Below the pieces are notes generated by a model. The model saw nothing but the letters and a program-made list of their open reading frames with translations, had not been told where the DNA came from and did not search any database. A program made the position numbers and the translations under genes. 64,000 nucleotides of DNA from Oxalobacter formigenes (GTDB taxonomy: Bacteria; Pseudomonadota; Gammaproteobacteria; Burkholderiales; Burkholderiaceae_D): assembly GCA_023667225.1 (NCBI GenBank), contig JAMPAN010000001.1, positions 728,365 through 792,364 of the forward strand. Reading direction: 5' to 3'. This document shows, in pieces, positions 43,640 to 54,611 of this stretch (position 1 is the stretch's first letter; the number at the start of each line of letters is the position of its first letter).

Positions 43640-44663
43640 TTTTTGCCTCACTGCCAATCCCTGCCGCCTCAAGCAGTCCGGCAAAATCGTCTGGCAAAGG
43701 AACCTGCCACTCGCACGGCAGCCCGCTTGCCGGATGATTCAACCCAAGTTTTTCGGCATGAAGAGCCTGCCTGCCGAAAACCGCCGCCTGGCGGGAAAGC
43801 CCATACAATGGGTCGCCAACCAGCGGGAACCCTTCTGCCTGCATGTGGACGCGAATCTGGTGCGTCCTCCCGGTCTCAAGCCTGCATGAAAGCAGGCTGA
43901 CCTCCCGTTCTCCCAGACAGCCAACCGCAAGGCGCTCATAATGCGTCACAGCCGGTTTGGCATGAGCGCTTTCCGATATCGCCATCCGAAGCCGGTCGCG
44001 GGGATGCCGTGCAATAGCCGCCTTAACCGTCCCCCCTGTAGGCGGCAGCCCCCAAACCAGGGCAAGATACTGGCGGTGAACCGTCCGGCGCTGCAACTGG
44101 CGCACCAGGCTGGTCTGGGCGGCAAGCGTTTTGGCTACCGCCATCAGGCCGCTGGTATCCTTGTCCAGGCGATGCACAATACCCGCCCTGGGAACCGAAA
44201 CAATAGGCGGAAAATAATGCAGCAGCCCATTCAATAGCGTGCCTGACCAGTTTCCTGCGGCAGGATGCACAACCAGCCCTGCCGGTTTGTTAATCACCAT
44301 CATATCCGCATCTTCATACACCACTGGTAAATCCATCGGCTCCGGCCTGTATGCCGTTTCATCCTCGGAAGGCAGCGGCATCACCAGAATTTCCTCACAG
44401 CCTGCTGCCGCGCGTTTGGCAGAAACCGGCGCGCCGTCGGCCAGCACCCGCCCCGCCTCAATCCACCGCTGGATGCGGCTTCTTGAAAAAGCAGGCAAAA
44501 GCCGGGCCACCACCTTGTCAAAACGCTCTCCCGCATCGGCTTCCGTCAGCAAAAAACGATACGCCTCTTCCTGCTCCGGCAGAACATCAGCATCCTCCTC
44601 CCGAACCGCCGGCGCTGCCTTGCCGGACAGGATAGGAGCTATCTCTTCTTTCACTTTGTCCAC
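43632..44663 (-). CDS. rluD: 23S rRNA pseudouridine(1911/1915/1917) synthase
   Basis: S4 domain followed by the RluA-family catalytic motif [13 protein letters not shown] start. Upstream of pgeF, as in many proteobacteria. Confidence 0.85.
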
Positions 44664-44725
44664 TATCCGCTATAATTTCACGATTACCTGCCCATTTTCG
44701 CGCGTTATCCGCATTTTGCAAAAAC

Positions 44726-45529
44726 ATGCAAAAAACTCTGATAAAAATTGCCGCCCTTTTCCTGGTCCTGCTGGCAACCGGCTGCGGCATGCTCCCTGAT
44801 GAAATTGATGAAACCGCTTCCTGGCCTGCGGGCAAATTGCACCGCGAAGCCAAGGAAATGATGCTGGCAGGCGATTACGAAAAAGCCGTCCAGTACCTGG
44901 AAAAACTGGAAGCGCGCTATCCCTTCGGCGTTTATGCCCAGCAGGCGCAAATCGAAATTGCCTACGCCTACTACCGCGATAACAACCAGCCTCTGGCACT
45001 GGCAGCCGTAGAGCGCTTCATCAAACTGCACCCCAACCATCCCAACATCGACTACATGTATTACCTGCGCGGGCTGATCAATTTCAACGACCGTGTCGGC
45101 TTCATGAATTTTGCCTTCAAGCAGGATCTGTCAGAACGCGATTCCAAAGCCGCACAGGAAGCCTTTGATTCATTCAAGCTGCTGATAACCCGCTTCCCCG
45201 ACAGCATTTATGCAGCAGACGCCCGCATCCGTATGCAATACCTGATCAACATGCTTGCGCAATATGAAATCCATGTGGCGAAATACTACTACACGCGGGG
45301 AGCTTATGTCGCCGCCCTGAACCGCGCCCAAAGCGCCATTGCAAAATACCCGGACACCCCTGCCAGCGAACAAGCGCTTTATATCATGGTCCGCGCCTAC
45401 GATAAACTGGGACTGAATAACCTGCGGGACGATGCAAACCGCGTTTTTCAGCAAAACTATCCCGACAGTGTTCTTCCGTCAGGTGGACAAAGAACGCCTG
45501 AAGAAGCTGTCTGGTGGAAATTCTGGTAG
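44726..45529 (+). CDS. bamD: Outer membrane protein assembly factor BamD
   Basis: Lipoprotein signal with lipobox (LLATGC), followed by TPR repeats. Confidence 0.85.
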   Translation: MQKTLIKIAALFLVLLATGCGMLPDEIDETASWPAGKLHREAKEMMLAGDYEKAVQYLEKLEARYPFGVYAQQAQIEIAYAYYRDNNQPLALAAVERFIKLHPNHPNIDYMYYLRGLINFNDRVGFMNFAFKQDLSERDSKAAQEAFDSFKLLITRFPDSIYAADARIRMQYLINMLAQYEIHVAKYYYTRGAYVAALNRAQSAIAKYPDTPASEQALYIMVRAYDKLGLNNLRDDANRVFQQNYPDSVLPSGGQRTPEEAVWWKFW

Positions 45530-45579
45530 TTTAACGCCCACTTCCTTTTTCCATCATCTTTCCTGTTTTTCGCAACAGC

Positions 45580-46236
45580 ATGAAAACCGCCCATTCCCCT
45601 TCCCCCGCGTCAGGCAGCTCACTGTTCATTATCACAGCGCCTTCCGGCGCTGGAAAATCCTCCCTGTTGCAGGCGCTGACAAAAAAAGATCCGGCCCTGG
45701 GGCTTTCCATCTCCCACACCACCCGTTCGCCGCGCCCCGGCGAAGAAAACGGCAGAGAATATTATTTCACCACCATTGCGGACTTCCTGGAAAAACAAAA
45801 AAAAGGCGAATTTCTGGAATCGGCCGAAGTACACGGCAACTATTACGGCACCTCGCGCCGCGCGGTACTGGAAAGGCTGGCCGGCGGCAAGGACACCCTG
45901 CTTGAAATCGACTGGCAGGGCGCTGAACAAATCCGGAAACTCATTATGGAAACCGTCAGCATCTTCATCCTGCCGCCCTCCATCGCCGCGCTGAAAGAAC
46001 GCCTGGAAAAACGCGGGCAGGATTCCCCCGAAACCATTGCTGCACGGATTCAGGCAGCCAGTGAAGAAATATCGCATGCGCCGGACTTTGATTATGTTAT
46101 CATCAACGACAATTTTGACCTGGCGCTTGACCAGCTCGCCGCAATTGTCAGCGCGGCAAGATGCCGGTTTTCCCCGCAGGCTGCGGCCCATGCAGGGCTG
46201 TTTGGCCAGTTCGGCATTATTTCAGACACCAAGTAA
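45580..46236 (+). CDS. gmk: Guanylate kinase
   Basis: P-loop APSGAGKSSL; guanylate kinase fold. Confidence 0.9.
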   Translation: MKTAHSPSPASGSSLFIITAPSGAGKSSLLQALTKKDPALGLSISHTTRSPRPGEENGREYYFTTIADFLEKQKKGEFLESAEVHGNYYGTSRRAVLERLAGGKDTLLEIDWQGAEQIRKLIMETVSIFILPPSIAALKERLEKRGQDSPETIAARIQAASEEISHAPDFDYVIINDNFDLALDQLAAIVSAARCRFSPQAAAHAGLFGQFGIISDTK

Positions 46237-46269
46237 ACTTCCGTTTTCATTTATCAGGCAGGAGTATCT

Positions 46270-46473
46270 ATGGCCCGTATTACTATTGAAGATTGCCTTC
46301 AGCAAATCCCTAACCATTTTGAGCTGACCCTGTGCGCAACCTACCGCGCGCGCCAATTACTTCAGGGGCACACCCCCCAGGTTGAGGCAAAAGACAAAAT
46401 GTCTGTCCTTGCCCTGCGCGAAATTGCCGCAGGCAAAATTGGTTCCGAAATGCTGAAAAAAGTCCCCGGCTGA
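46270..46473 (+). CDS. rpoZ: DNA-directed RNA polymerase subunit omega
   Basis: [30 protein letters not shown]. gmk-rpoZ-spoT synteny. Confidence 0.9.
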   Translation: MARITIEDCLQQIPNHFELTLCATYRARQLLQGHTPQVEAKDKMSVLALREIAAGKIGSEMLKKVPG

Positions 46474-46564
46474 TTTTCCGCACCCTCTTCGGCCACAGCA
46501 GGGATGCTTTTTTTCCGGGATGTGTTATCGTTAGGAAATTGCTGAACCTTTCAGGCGGCTGCTG

Positions 46565-48805
46565 ATGCCAAACAAACCCGGTAATCCCACAGAGAAAAAA
46601 GAAAGCCCCTCCGGCTTTTCTCCCCCGCCCCCAGGCACAGTCGGGAAAACGGCTGTGCCCGGGGTGGCAACCTTTTCCCACCTTACGCAAAAACTGGAAA
46701 AATACCTTTCCAAAACCGATATGCAGCGCGTGCGAAGCGCCTTTCGCTTCGCAGACGAAATGCACCTGGGGCAAATCCGCAAATCCGGCGAACCCTATAT
46801 CTCGCATCCGCTTGCCGTAGCGGAAATCTGTGCAGACTGGAAACTGGATACCCAGGCTATCATGGCCGCGCTGCTGCATGACGTTATGGAAGACCAGGGC
46901 GTCAAGATAGGCGAACTGATCGAACGCTTCGGCCCGCCTGTCGCCAACCTGGTGGATGGCCTCTCCAAACTGGAAAAACTCCAGTTCCAAAACCATGTGG
47001 ATGCCCAGGGTGAAAATTTCAGGAAAATGCTCCTGGCCATGGCCAAGGATGTCCGCGTCATCCTGATCAAACTGGCAGACCGCCTGCACAATATGCGCAC
47101 CTTGAACGCGATGGATCTGTCCAAGCAAAAAAGGATCGCGCGGGAAACAATGGAAGTGTATGTCCCCATTGCGCACAGGCTCGGCATTAACAACCTGTAC
47201 AGGGAAATGCAGGACATGGCCTTTCATTACCTGTACCCCTTCCGTTATGAAACACTGGCCAAAGCCATCGGCACTGCCCGCGGGAACCGTCACGAGCTGT
47301 TTGACCGCATACACGAAAAAGTCAGCGCCGCACTGGAAAAAGCCGGCATCCATGCCGAACTCTACAGCCGGGAAAAAACCCTTTACGGCATCTACCGCAA
47401 AATGCGGCGGCAAAACCTGGCTTTTTCCCAGATACTGGATATCTACGGCTTCAGGGTTGTCGTTGGCTCCATAGCGGAATGCTATACTGCCCTTGGCGTG
47501 CTGCATTCCCTCTACAAGCCTATCCCCGGAAAAGTGCAGGACTATATCGCCATTCCCAAACTGAACAAATACCAGTCGCTGCACACAACGCTGGTCGGCC
47601 CCTATGGCACGCCTGTCGAATTCCAGATCCGCACCCATGAAATGCACCACGTCGCCGAAACCGGCGTCGCCGCGCACTGGCTCTACAAAAACCCGAACGA
47701 AAACCTGACAGACATTCAGAAACACAGCTTCGGGTGGCTGCAATCACTTTTGGATATCCAGCAGCAAACCGGCAACTCGGCCGAATTTCTCGAACACATC
47801 AAATTCGACCTGTTTCCGGACTCGGTCTATGTCTTTACGCCCAGGGCAAAAATCATCGCCCTGCCGAGGGAAGCCACCGCGCTGGATTTTGCCTACAATA
47901 TCCACACCGATGTCGGCAACCATACCGTGGCAGTCAAAATCAACAACGAACCGGCGCCGCTCAGAACAGAACTGCAAAACGGCGACATCGTTGAAATCAT
48001 TACCTCGCCAACCGCCTGCCCGAACCCCTCCTGGCTCTCCTTTGTCCGTACAGGCAAAGCCCGGTCATGTATCCGAAACTACCTGCGCTCCATCAATACA
48101 GCCGATTCCATTGAGCTGGGCAAACGTCTTCTGGAACAGGCCCTGCTGTCGCTTGATATGGAAACAGCGGTTCTGCCGCCGGTCATGGATAAACTGCTGT
48201 ATGAAACCGGTGCCAAAACCCCTGATGATATCTACGTTGATATCGGCACCGGCAAACGCCTTGCCATACTGGTTGCCAGAAGAATCGTTGCCCTGACAGA
48301 CGAAATCCACCGCAGAAAAAAAACCGGCGCCGGCCAGGAAACAGCCGAAAAAAAAGCCCCCCAGCCCGTCATGATATACGGCAGCGAAGGCGTCAACGTC
48401 CAGCTGGCTGCCTGCTGCCTTCCCATTCCGGGCGATACCATCATGGGAGAGCTGAACATGACGCGCGGGCTGGTGGTACACAATGCCGAATGCGCCACCG
48501 CCAAACGGCTGATCGCCAAAGAACCGGAAAAATGGATCAACGTTACCTGGGGAGAAGACCTAAACCGCGATTTTGACAGCCGCCTGAAAGTGCTGGTACA
48601 CGAAGAAAAAGGCATCCTGGCCCGTGTAGCGGCCGAAATCAGCGAATCCAACGCCAATATTGCCCATGTCAGCATGGAAAACGAGGAAGAATTCACCGTC
48701 CTGCGTTTTACCGTACAGGTAGAAAACAGAACCCACCTGGCCAGCCTGATACGCCGGGTTCGCCATGTACCGGGCGTCGCCCAGGTCGGACGCGAAAAAA
48801 ACTGA
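46565..48805 (+). CDS. spoT: Bifunctional (p)ppGpp synthetase/hydrolase
   Basis: HD hydrolase domain, RelA/SpoT synthetase domain, TGS and ACT domains. The exact start is uncertain. Confidence 0.85.
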   Translation: MPNKPGNPTEKKESPSGFSPPPPGTVGKTAVPGVATFSHLTQKLEKYLSKTDMQRVRSAFRFADEMHLGQIRKSGEPYISHPLAVAEICADWKLDTQAIMAALLHDVMEDQGVKIGELIERFGPPVANLVDGLSKLEKLQFQNHVDAQGENFRKMLLAMAKDVRVILIKLADRLHNMRTLNAMDLSKQKRIARETMEVYVPIAHRLGINNLYREMQDMAFHYLYPFRYETLAKAIGTARGNRHELFDRIHEKVSAALEKAGIHAELYSREKTLYGIYRKMRRQNLAFSQILDIYGFRVVVGSIAECYTALGVLHSLYKPIPGKVQDYIAIPKLNKYQSLHTTLVGPYGTPVEFQIRTHEMHHVAETGVAAHWLYKNPNENLTDIQKHSFGWLQSLLDIQQQTGNSAEFLEHIKFDLFPDSVYVFTPRAKIIALPREATALDFAYNIHTDVGNHTVAVKINNEPAPLRTELQNGDIVEIITSPTACPNPSWLSFVRTGKARSCIRNYLRSINTADSIELGKRLLEQALLSLDMETAVLPPVMDKLLYETGAKTPDDIYVDIGTGKRLAILVARRIVALTDEIHRRKKTGAGQETAEKKAPQPVMIYGSEGVNVQLAACCLPIPGDTIMGELNMTRGLVVHNAECATAKRLIAKEPEKWINVTWGEDLNRDFDSRLKVLVHEEKGILARVAAEISESNANIAHVSMENEEEFTVLRFTVQVENRTHLASLIRRVRHVPGVAQVGREKN

Positions 48806-48823
48806 CATCCGGCCCGGCCCCGT

Positions 48824-50071
48824 TCAGCCAAGCGTAACCCTGGCAAACTTGCGCTTGCCAACCTGGATAACAAACGTCCCCGCCGGCAGTTTCAGCCCCC
48901 GGTCGCTCACCATTTCGCCGTCAATCCTGACGCCCCCCTGGTCAACCAGGCGCAGCGCTTCCGATGCAGAAGCACACAAACCGGCCTGTTTCAACAGCTG
49001 GCCAACCCCCAGCGGCGCGCCGGACAAACTGACTTCCGGCAAATCCTCCGGAATTCCGCCGCGCGCGCGCAGCATAAAATCGGCCAGCGCTGTTTCTGCC
49101 TCGGAACGGGAATGGAAGCGGGTCACGATTTCCTGCGCCAGCTCCACCTTCACATCACGGGGATTGCGTCCGTTGCTTACCGCTTCCTTCAGATTGCCGA
49201 TATCTGAAAGCGAACGGAAAGAAAGCAGGTCATAGTATTTCCACATCATCTCATCCGAAATACTCATCACCTTGGCAAACATGATATTGGCCGGCTCCGT
49301 AATGCCCACATAATTCCCCTTCGACTTGGACATCTTTTCCACCCCGTCCAGCCCTTCCAGAAGCGGCATCGTCAAAATACACTGCGGTTCCTGGTTATAC
49401 CCCCGCTGCAGCTCGCGGCCCACCAGCAGATTAAACTTCTGGTCTGTTCCGCCCAGCTCGATATCCGCCTCAAGCATCACCGAGTCATATCCCTGCATCA
49501 GCGGATAAAGCAGCTCATGAACCGAAATGGGCGAGCCGTTTTTAAAACGGTTGGCAAAATCCTCGCGCTCCATAATCCTGGCCAGCGTATAACTCGCCGC
49601 CAGCCGGATCATACCGGCAGCCCCCAGCTTGTCGCCCCACTCCGAGTTATAGCGTATTTCAGTCTTGGACGGATCCAGCACCAGGCTGGCCTGCCTGAAA
49701 TACGTCATGGCATTTTCCTTAATCTGTTCGCGCGTCAGCTGGGGGCGGGTCACATTGCGCCCGGAAGGATCGCCAATCAGGGAAGTAAAATCCCCGATCA
49801 GGAAAATAACCGTATGCCCCAAATCCTGAAGCTGGCGCATCTTGTTTAACACCACCGTATGCCCCAGATGCAAATCCGGCGCAGTCGGGTCCAGCCCCAG
49901 CTTGATCCTTAACGGCTTGCCGGTTTTTTCGGAACGTGCCAGCTTCTGCGCCAGCTCCTCATCTACCAGTAATTCTTCCGCGCCGCGCCTGATAATTTCC
50001 AGCGCTTCCTTGACGGACGATGACAGGGGCAAATCCCCCGAACCGCCTGAAAACTCATGTTTTTTATTCAT
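48824..50071 (-). CDS. tyrS: Tyrosyl-tRNA synthetase
   Basis: HIGH motif (HLGH), KMSKS motif and C-terminal S4 domain. Confidence 0.9.
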   Translation of the reverse strand: MNKKHEFSGGSGDLPLSSSVKEALEIIRRGAEELLVDEELAQKLARSEKTGKPLRIKLGLDPTAPDLHLGHTVVLNKMRQLQDLGHTVIFLIGDFTSLIGDPSGRNVTRPQLTREQIKENAMTYFRQASLVLDPSKTEIRYNSEWGDKLGAAGMIRLAASYTLARIMEREDFANRFKNGSPISVHELLYPLMQGYDSVMLEADIELGGTDQKFNLLVGRELQRGYNQEPQCILTMPLLEGLDGVEKMSKSKGNYVGITEPANIMFAKVMSISDEMMWKYYDLLSFRSLSDIGNLKEAVSNGRNPRDVKVELAQEIVTRFHSRSEAETALADFMLRARGGIPEDLPEVSLSGAPLGVGQLLKQAGLCASASEALRLVDQGGVRIDGEMVSDRGLKLPAGTFVIQVGKRKFARVTLG

Positions 50072-50206
50072 TTTTCTGCTTTGCGTTTGCTATAATCCGG
50101 CTTTGATTTACAGAGGCATTCTGCTACTATTTGCGTTGCAGCAAAAACCGCATTGTTCCAAAGAAGAAATTTTAACTGATTGCTTCCGGAAAGAAGAGGA
50201 TTTTTC

Positions 50207-51556
50207 ATGCGTGATGTTTTTCAGAAAATAAGCTCCGTTCTTTTGGGCACGACAAGAAAAACCCGTATTATTTCCGCCGTCTCCCTCCTGCTTGCCGTTT
50301 TTGCTATTGGCGCTGCGGCTGTCGCGCCCGGTGCGCCGCCGGATACCCGGCATATTGAAATCCGTTCTGTTGCCGAGGAAATCCCCCTGCCTTCTCTGGC
50401 AGAACAAATTGCTGCGCTGAACCAGGAAACCCATTACTTCATGCGGGAAGAAAAAGTGCGTTCCGGCGATACGCTCGGCTCCCTGCTGACCCGCCTTGGC
50501 GTGGATGATGCAGCCGCCATCGCCTTCATCAAATCCGATGATATTGCAAAGGAACTGCTTCACCTGAAAGCCGGAAAAGTCATCCAGGCCAAAACCGACA
50601 GCGCAGGAAAACTGCACTGGCTTTATGTCTCCACTTCCGACAAGGACGGCACGCCGTGCGATATCGTCCTCACCCGCACTGACAAAGGCTTTGCCTCCTC
50701 CAACGATACCGCCGCGATAGAACATCGTATTGAAATGCGATCGGGCGTCATTTATTCCTCCCTTTTCGCCGCAACCGACGCAGCCGAAATCCCGGATATC
50801 ATTACCAACAAACTGGTGGATATTTTCGCAACCAATATCGATTTCAGCTCCGACCTGCGCCGGGGAGACCGTTTCAACATCGTCTATGAATCCTTCTGGC
50901 GAAACGGCACCTTCCTGCGTTCCGGCCGTATCCTGGCTGCTGAATTCATCAATGCAGGCAACGTATATCAGGCCGTCTGGTTTGACGGCATCGGCAGCCG
51001 GAGCGGCGGATACTACAGCTTTAACGGCAAATCCCAGAAAAAAGCCTTCCTGAAATACCCGCTGGCCTTTACCCGTGTTTCATCCGCCTTTTCCATGCGC
51101 AAACATCCCATCACCGGCTTGTGGAAACAGCACAAGGGTATTGATTTCGCCGCACCTATGGGCACCCCCATCCGTTCAGCCGCCGATGGCGTCATCGAAT
51201 TTGTCGGCTGGCAAAACGGCTACGGCAACTTCATCATCGTCAGGCACTGGGGTGCCTATACCACAGCATACGGCCACATGAGCCGTTTCAATCCCGATAT
51301 CAAAAAAGGGACAAAAGTCAAACAGGGCGATATCATCGGTTACGTTGGGTCAACCGGCATGAGTACAGGCCCCCATCTGCACTACGAATTCCGCATCAAC
51401 GGCGTACAGCGCGATCCCCGGCAAATTGACATGCCCAATATCCAGCCGCTGACAGCCAGCGAAATGGAAAAATTCCGGATTGTCGTTGCCGACATGCGCC
51501 ATCGTTTTGCCCTGATGAACGCCGGCAGCAACTACGAAAAACTGGCGGCCAGGTAA
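50207..51556 (+). CDS. M23-family murein endopeptidase with OapA/LysM-like N-terminal region (MepM/YebA-like)
   Basis: M23 metal-binding motifs HKGIDFAAP and GSTGMSTGPHLHYE. ATG at 50207 with an AGAGGA RBS. Confidence 0.8.
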   Translation: MRDVFQKISSVLLGTTRKTRIISAVSLLLAVFAIGAAAVAPGAPPDTRHIEIRSVAEEIPLPSLAEQIAALNQETHYFMREEKVRSGDTLGSLLTRLGVDDAAAIAFIKSDDIAKELLHLKAGKVIQAKTDSAGKLHWLYVSTSDKDGTPCDIVLTRTDKGFASSNDTAAIEHRIEMRSGVIYSSLFAATDAAEIPDIITNKLVDIFATNIDFSSDLRRGDRFNIVYESFWRNGTFLRSGRILAAEFINAGNVYQAVWFDGIGSRSGGYYSFNGKSQKKAFLKYPLAFTRVSSAFSMRKHPITGLWKQHKGIDFAAPMGTPIRSAADGVIEFVGWQNGYGNFIIVRHWGAYTTAYGHMSRFNPDIKKGTKVKQGDIIGYVGSTGMSTGPHLHYEFRINGVQRDPRQIDMPNIQPLTASEMEKFRIVVADMRHRFALMNAGSNYEKLAAR

Positions 51557-51578
51557 AGGCGGGCCGGGGAAAATATCC

Positions 51579-52745
51579 ATGAGCCGCCTTTATATCGGCC
51601 TCATGACCGGCACCAGCATGGATGGCGCCGATGGTGTGCTGGTGGCAATTCCCGGCCATTACACAACCGGCTTCCTAAAACCCGTCGCCACGGTGCATCT
51701 CCCGTTTTCTCCGGAACTGCGAAACCGCCTGATGGCACTGCAGCAGGCTGGAGACAATGAAATTGAACGGGAAGCCCTCGCTGCCAATGAACTTGCCGCC
51801 CTGTATGCCCGCTGCGTTTCCCTGCTGCTGGATAAAACCGGCATATCGCCAGAAAAAGTAACAGCCATCGGCGTACACGGGCAAACCGTCCGCCATTGCC
51901 CGGAAAAAGGCTATACCCGGCAAATCAACAATCCGGCCCTGCTGGCCGAGCTGACCGGCATAGATATCATTGCCGATTTCCGCTCCCGCGATATTGCTGC
52001 CGGCGGTCAGGGCGCACCGCTGGTTCCCGCCTTCCACCGCGCCCTTTTTGGCAGGCAAGCCGCTTCTCTTGTCATCCTCAACATCGGCGGCATTGCCAAC
52101 ATCAGCATCCTGGGAAGCGATGGAACAACAAAGGGCTTTGATACCGGCCCTGGCAATATCCTCATGGATGCCTGGATAGCAAAAAACCAGGGAAAACCCT
52201 ACGATGAAGGCGGGAAATGGGCTGCAAGCGCCCGGCCCAGCGAACCCCTTTTAAAACACCTGCTGGCAGAACCCTTTTTATCCCTTCCCCCGCCCAAAAG
52301 CACCGGCCGGGATCTTTTCAATGCAACCTGGCTGGAAACCATGCTGGCCGCTTCCGGATCAACCGCCCTGCCGCCAGCCAGCGTGCAAGCCACACTGGCT
52401 GCCTTCACTGCTGTCAGCATTGCCCGCGCCATCGCGCAATACGCGCCGGAAACTGCGCAGGTTTTTGTTTGCGGCGGCGGGGCAAAAAATACCTGCCTGC
52501 TTGCCCATCTCCGGCAAGCACTGAAACACAGCCTGCCCCAAACAGAACTGCTGACCAGCGAAACCGCCGGGCTGGATCCGGCCCATATTGAAGCCCTGGC
52601 CTTTGCCTGGCTGGCGCACCGCTTCACCTGCCGCCTGCCGGGCAACCTGCCGGACGTTACCGGCGCAAAAGGCTGCCGGCTCCTGGGCGCGCTCTATCCC
52701 GCCCTGCACCGGCAGCAAAACGCCGCCGCGGGAGAAACCGCATGA
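51579..52745 (+). CDS. anmK: Anhydro-N-acetylmuramic acid kinase
   Basis: [19 protein letters not shown]-terminus. 388 aa. Confidence 0.85.
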   Translation: MSRLYIGLMTGTSMDGADGVLVAIPGHYTTGFLKPVATVHLPFSPELRNRLMALQQAGDNEIEREALAANELAALYARCVSLLLDKTGISPEKVTAIGVHGQTVRHCPEKGYTRQINNPALLAELTGIDIIADFRSRDIAAGGQGAPLVPAFHRALFGRQAASLVILNIGGIANISILGSDGTTKGFDTGPGNILMDAWIAKNQGKPYDEGGKWAASARPSEPLLKHLLAEPFLSLPPPKSTGRDLFNATWLETMLAASGSTALPPASVQATLAAFTAVSIARAIAQYAPETAQVFVCGGGAKNTCLLAHLRQALKHSLPQTELLTSETAGLDPAHIEALAFAWLAHRFTCRLPGNLPDVTGAKGCRLLGALYPALHRQQNAAAGETA

Positions 52746-53293
52746 TCGCCCTGCTCCAGCGTGTCAGCCGCGCGCAAGTCACCGTTGCCGGCGAAACCAT
52801 CGGCAAAATCGGCAAAGGGCTGCTGGTCTTGCTTTGCGCCGAACGGGGCGATACCGAAAAAGAAGCCGGTACGCTCCTTTCCCGCCTGCTCAGCTACCGG
52901 GTATTTGGCGACAGCAACGGCAAAATGAACCTCCCGCTTGCCGCTGTCGGCGGAGAACTGCTGCTGGTTCCCCAGTTCACCCTGGCCGCCGACACCCGCT
53001 CCGGCACCCGCCCATCCTTTTCTTCAGCCGCACCGCCGGAAACCGGCCGCGCCCTGTTTGAATACTTTGCCAGCCAGGCCAGGGAAAAAGTGCCCGGCCT
53101 CCAGACAGGCCGTTTTGGCGCGCACATGGAAGTAGAACTGGTCAATGACGGCCCGGTCACCTTCTGGCTGCATACGCCGCCCGCTGCGGCAGCATCCCCC
53201 GCTCACTGTGCGAAAACCGGCCAGTCTGGCACAATAGGACAACACAACAGCAAAAACGACCGCCAAAGGAGAAAACATGAAAATCTGGAGTGA
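52742..53293 (+). CDS. dtd: D-aminoacyl-tRNA deacylase (carries a C-terminal extension of about 35 aa)
   Basis: [13 protein letters not shown]...SNGKMN...VPQFTL...NDGPVTFWL is typical of Dtd. Canonical Dtd is about 145-150 aa; this ORF is 183 aa and overlaps the next gene by 17 nt. Confidence 0.8.
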   Translation: MIALLQRVSRAQVTVAGETIGKIGKGLLVLLCAERGDTEKEAGTLLSRLLSYRVFGDSNGKMNLPLAAVGGELLLVPQFTLAADTRSGTRPSFSSAAPPETGRALFEYFASQAREKVPGLQTGRFGAHMEVELVNDGPVTFWLHTPPAAAASPAHCAKTGQSGTIGQHNSKNDRQRRKHENLE

Positions 53294-53918
53294 ATCCTTC
53301 AGGGATAACCAGGCAATTCCCCCGCGCAACGCTTTCGGCATCATTGATGCCAAAACCCATATTGCCCTGTCAGACAACCGCAATCCCCACCTGGCCTGGA
53401 GCGGTCTGCCCGCCGGAACCCGGTCTTTGGCCGTCATCTGCCATGATTACGATGTGCCCTCCAAAGGAGACGATGTCAACCAGGAAGGAAAAACCATCCC
53501 GGCCAGCCTTCCGAGAGTCGATTTTTATCACTGGGTATTGGTTGACCTGCCGGCAGCCCTCTCATCCATTGCCGAAGGCGAATTTTCCAGCAGCGTCACA
53601 CCGAGGGGAAAAAACGGCCCCGAAACCCTGCACGGCGCACGCCAGGGCATCAACGACTATACCCCCTGGTTTGCAGGAGACAAAGACATGTCCGGCGACT
53701 ATTACGGCTACGATGGCCCCTGCCCGCCGTTCAACGACGCCATCCCGCACCACTACGTCTTCACGCTTTATGCGCTGGATGTGGAAAAACTCCCGGTCAG
53801 CGGCAAATTCACCGGAACAGAAGCGCTGGCCGCCATGAAAGATCACATCCTGGGCAAAGCGGCCATAACCGGGGTTTACACCTTGAATCCGGCGCTCGCC
53901 AAAACCATTGAACCGTAA
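53277..53918 (+). CDS. YbhB/YbcL family (PEBP/Raf-kinase-inhibitor-like) protein
   Basis: PEBP signature (DPD-like [29 protein letters not shown]). Strong RBS AAAGGAG upstream. Confidence 0.8.
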   Translation: MKIWSESFRDNQAIPPRNAFGIIDAKTHIALSDNRNPHLAWSGLPAGTRSLAVICHDYDVPSKGDDVNQEGKTIPASLPRVDFYHWVLVDLPAALSSIAEGEFSSSVTPRGKNGPETLHGARQGINDYTPWFAGDKDMSGDYYGYDGPCPPFNDAIPHHYVFTLYALDVEKLPVSGKFTGTEALAAMKDHILGKAAITGVYTLNPALAKTIEP

Positions 53919-53925
53919 ACCGCCC

Positions 53926-54570
53926 ATGCGCCAGCCAGCCGAAATCCTCATCATCCGGCACGGCCAGACCGACTGGAATGTATCCAAACGCCTGCAGGGG
54001 CATAGCGATATCCCCTTAAATGCAAAAGGAAGGGAACAGGCGGCGGCGCTGGCCGAAACCCTGCGCGATGAAAAACTGGACGCCATTTTTTCAAGCGACC
54101 TGAAACGCGCCCTGGAAACAGCCCATGCCATCGCCAGGCTGCACAATCTCCCCGTGCAGCCTGATCCGGCCTTCCGCGAACGCTCCTATGGCGCTTTTGA
54201 GGGATTAAGCCGCGAAGAAATCAAAACCCGCTATCCCGAATCCCATGCCGCCTGGTATGCGGCAGATCCGGATTACACTTTCCCGCCGGGAGAACGCCCG
54301 GCAGAAAGCATGCGCGCCTTCCACAACCGGGTGATTGACGCCCTCTGCCGGATAGCCCGGCCTTACGCCGGCAAAAAAATCGTCCTCATTGCCCATTTCG
54401 GCATCCTGGAAGCCGCCTACCGCGTTGTCCACCGCACACCGCTTGAAGTCAGAAACCGTGTCCCGGTTCTCAACACCAGCATCAACCGTTTCCTGGTAGG
54501 CGGTAACACCATTGAACTGCTGCAATGGGGAGACGGCCGGCACCTGGAAACACCCGGCCAGGCGGCCTGA
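53926..54570 (+). CDS. Histidine phosphatase family protein (phosphoglycerate mutase / alpha-ribazole phosphatase-like)
   Basis: RHG catalytic motif (IIRHGQTDWN). ATG at 53926. Confidence 0.75.
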   Translation: MRQPAEILIIRHGQTDWNVSKRLQGHSDIPLNAKGREQAAALAETLRDEKLDAIFSSDLKRALETAHAIARLHNLPVQPDPAFRERSYGAFEGLSREEIKTRYPESHAAWYAADPDYTFPPGERPAESMRAFHNRVIDALCRIARPYAGKKIVLIAHFGILEAAYRVVHRTPLEVRNRVPVLNTSINRFLVGGNTIELLQWGDGRHLETPGQAA

Positions 54571-54611
54571 CATTCTTATCCCCTTTCCATTCCTGATAAA
54601 TTGCTTCCTCC

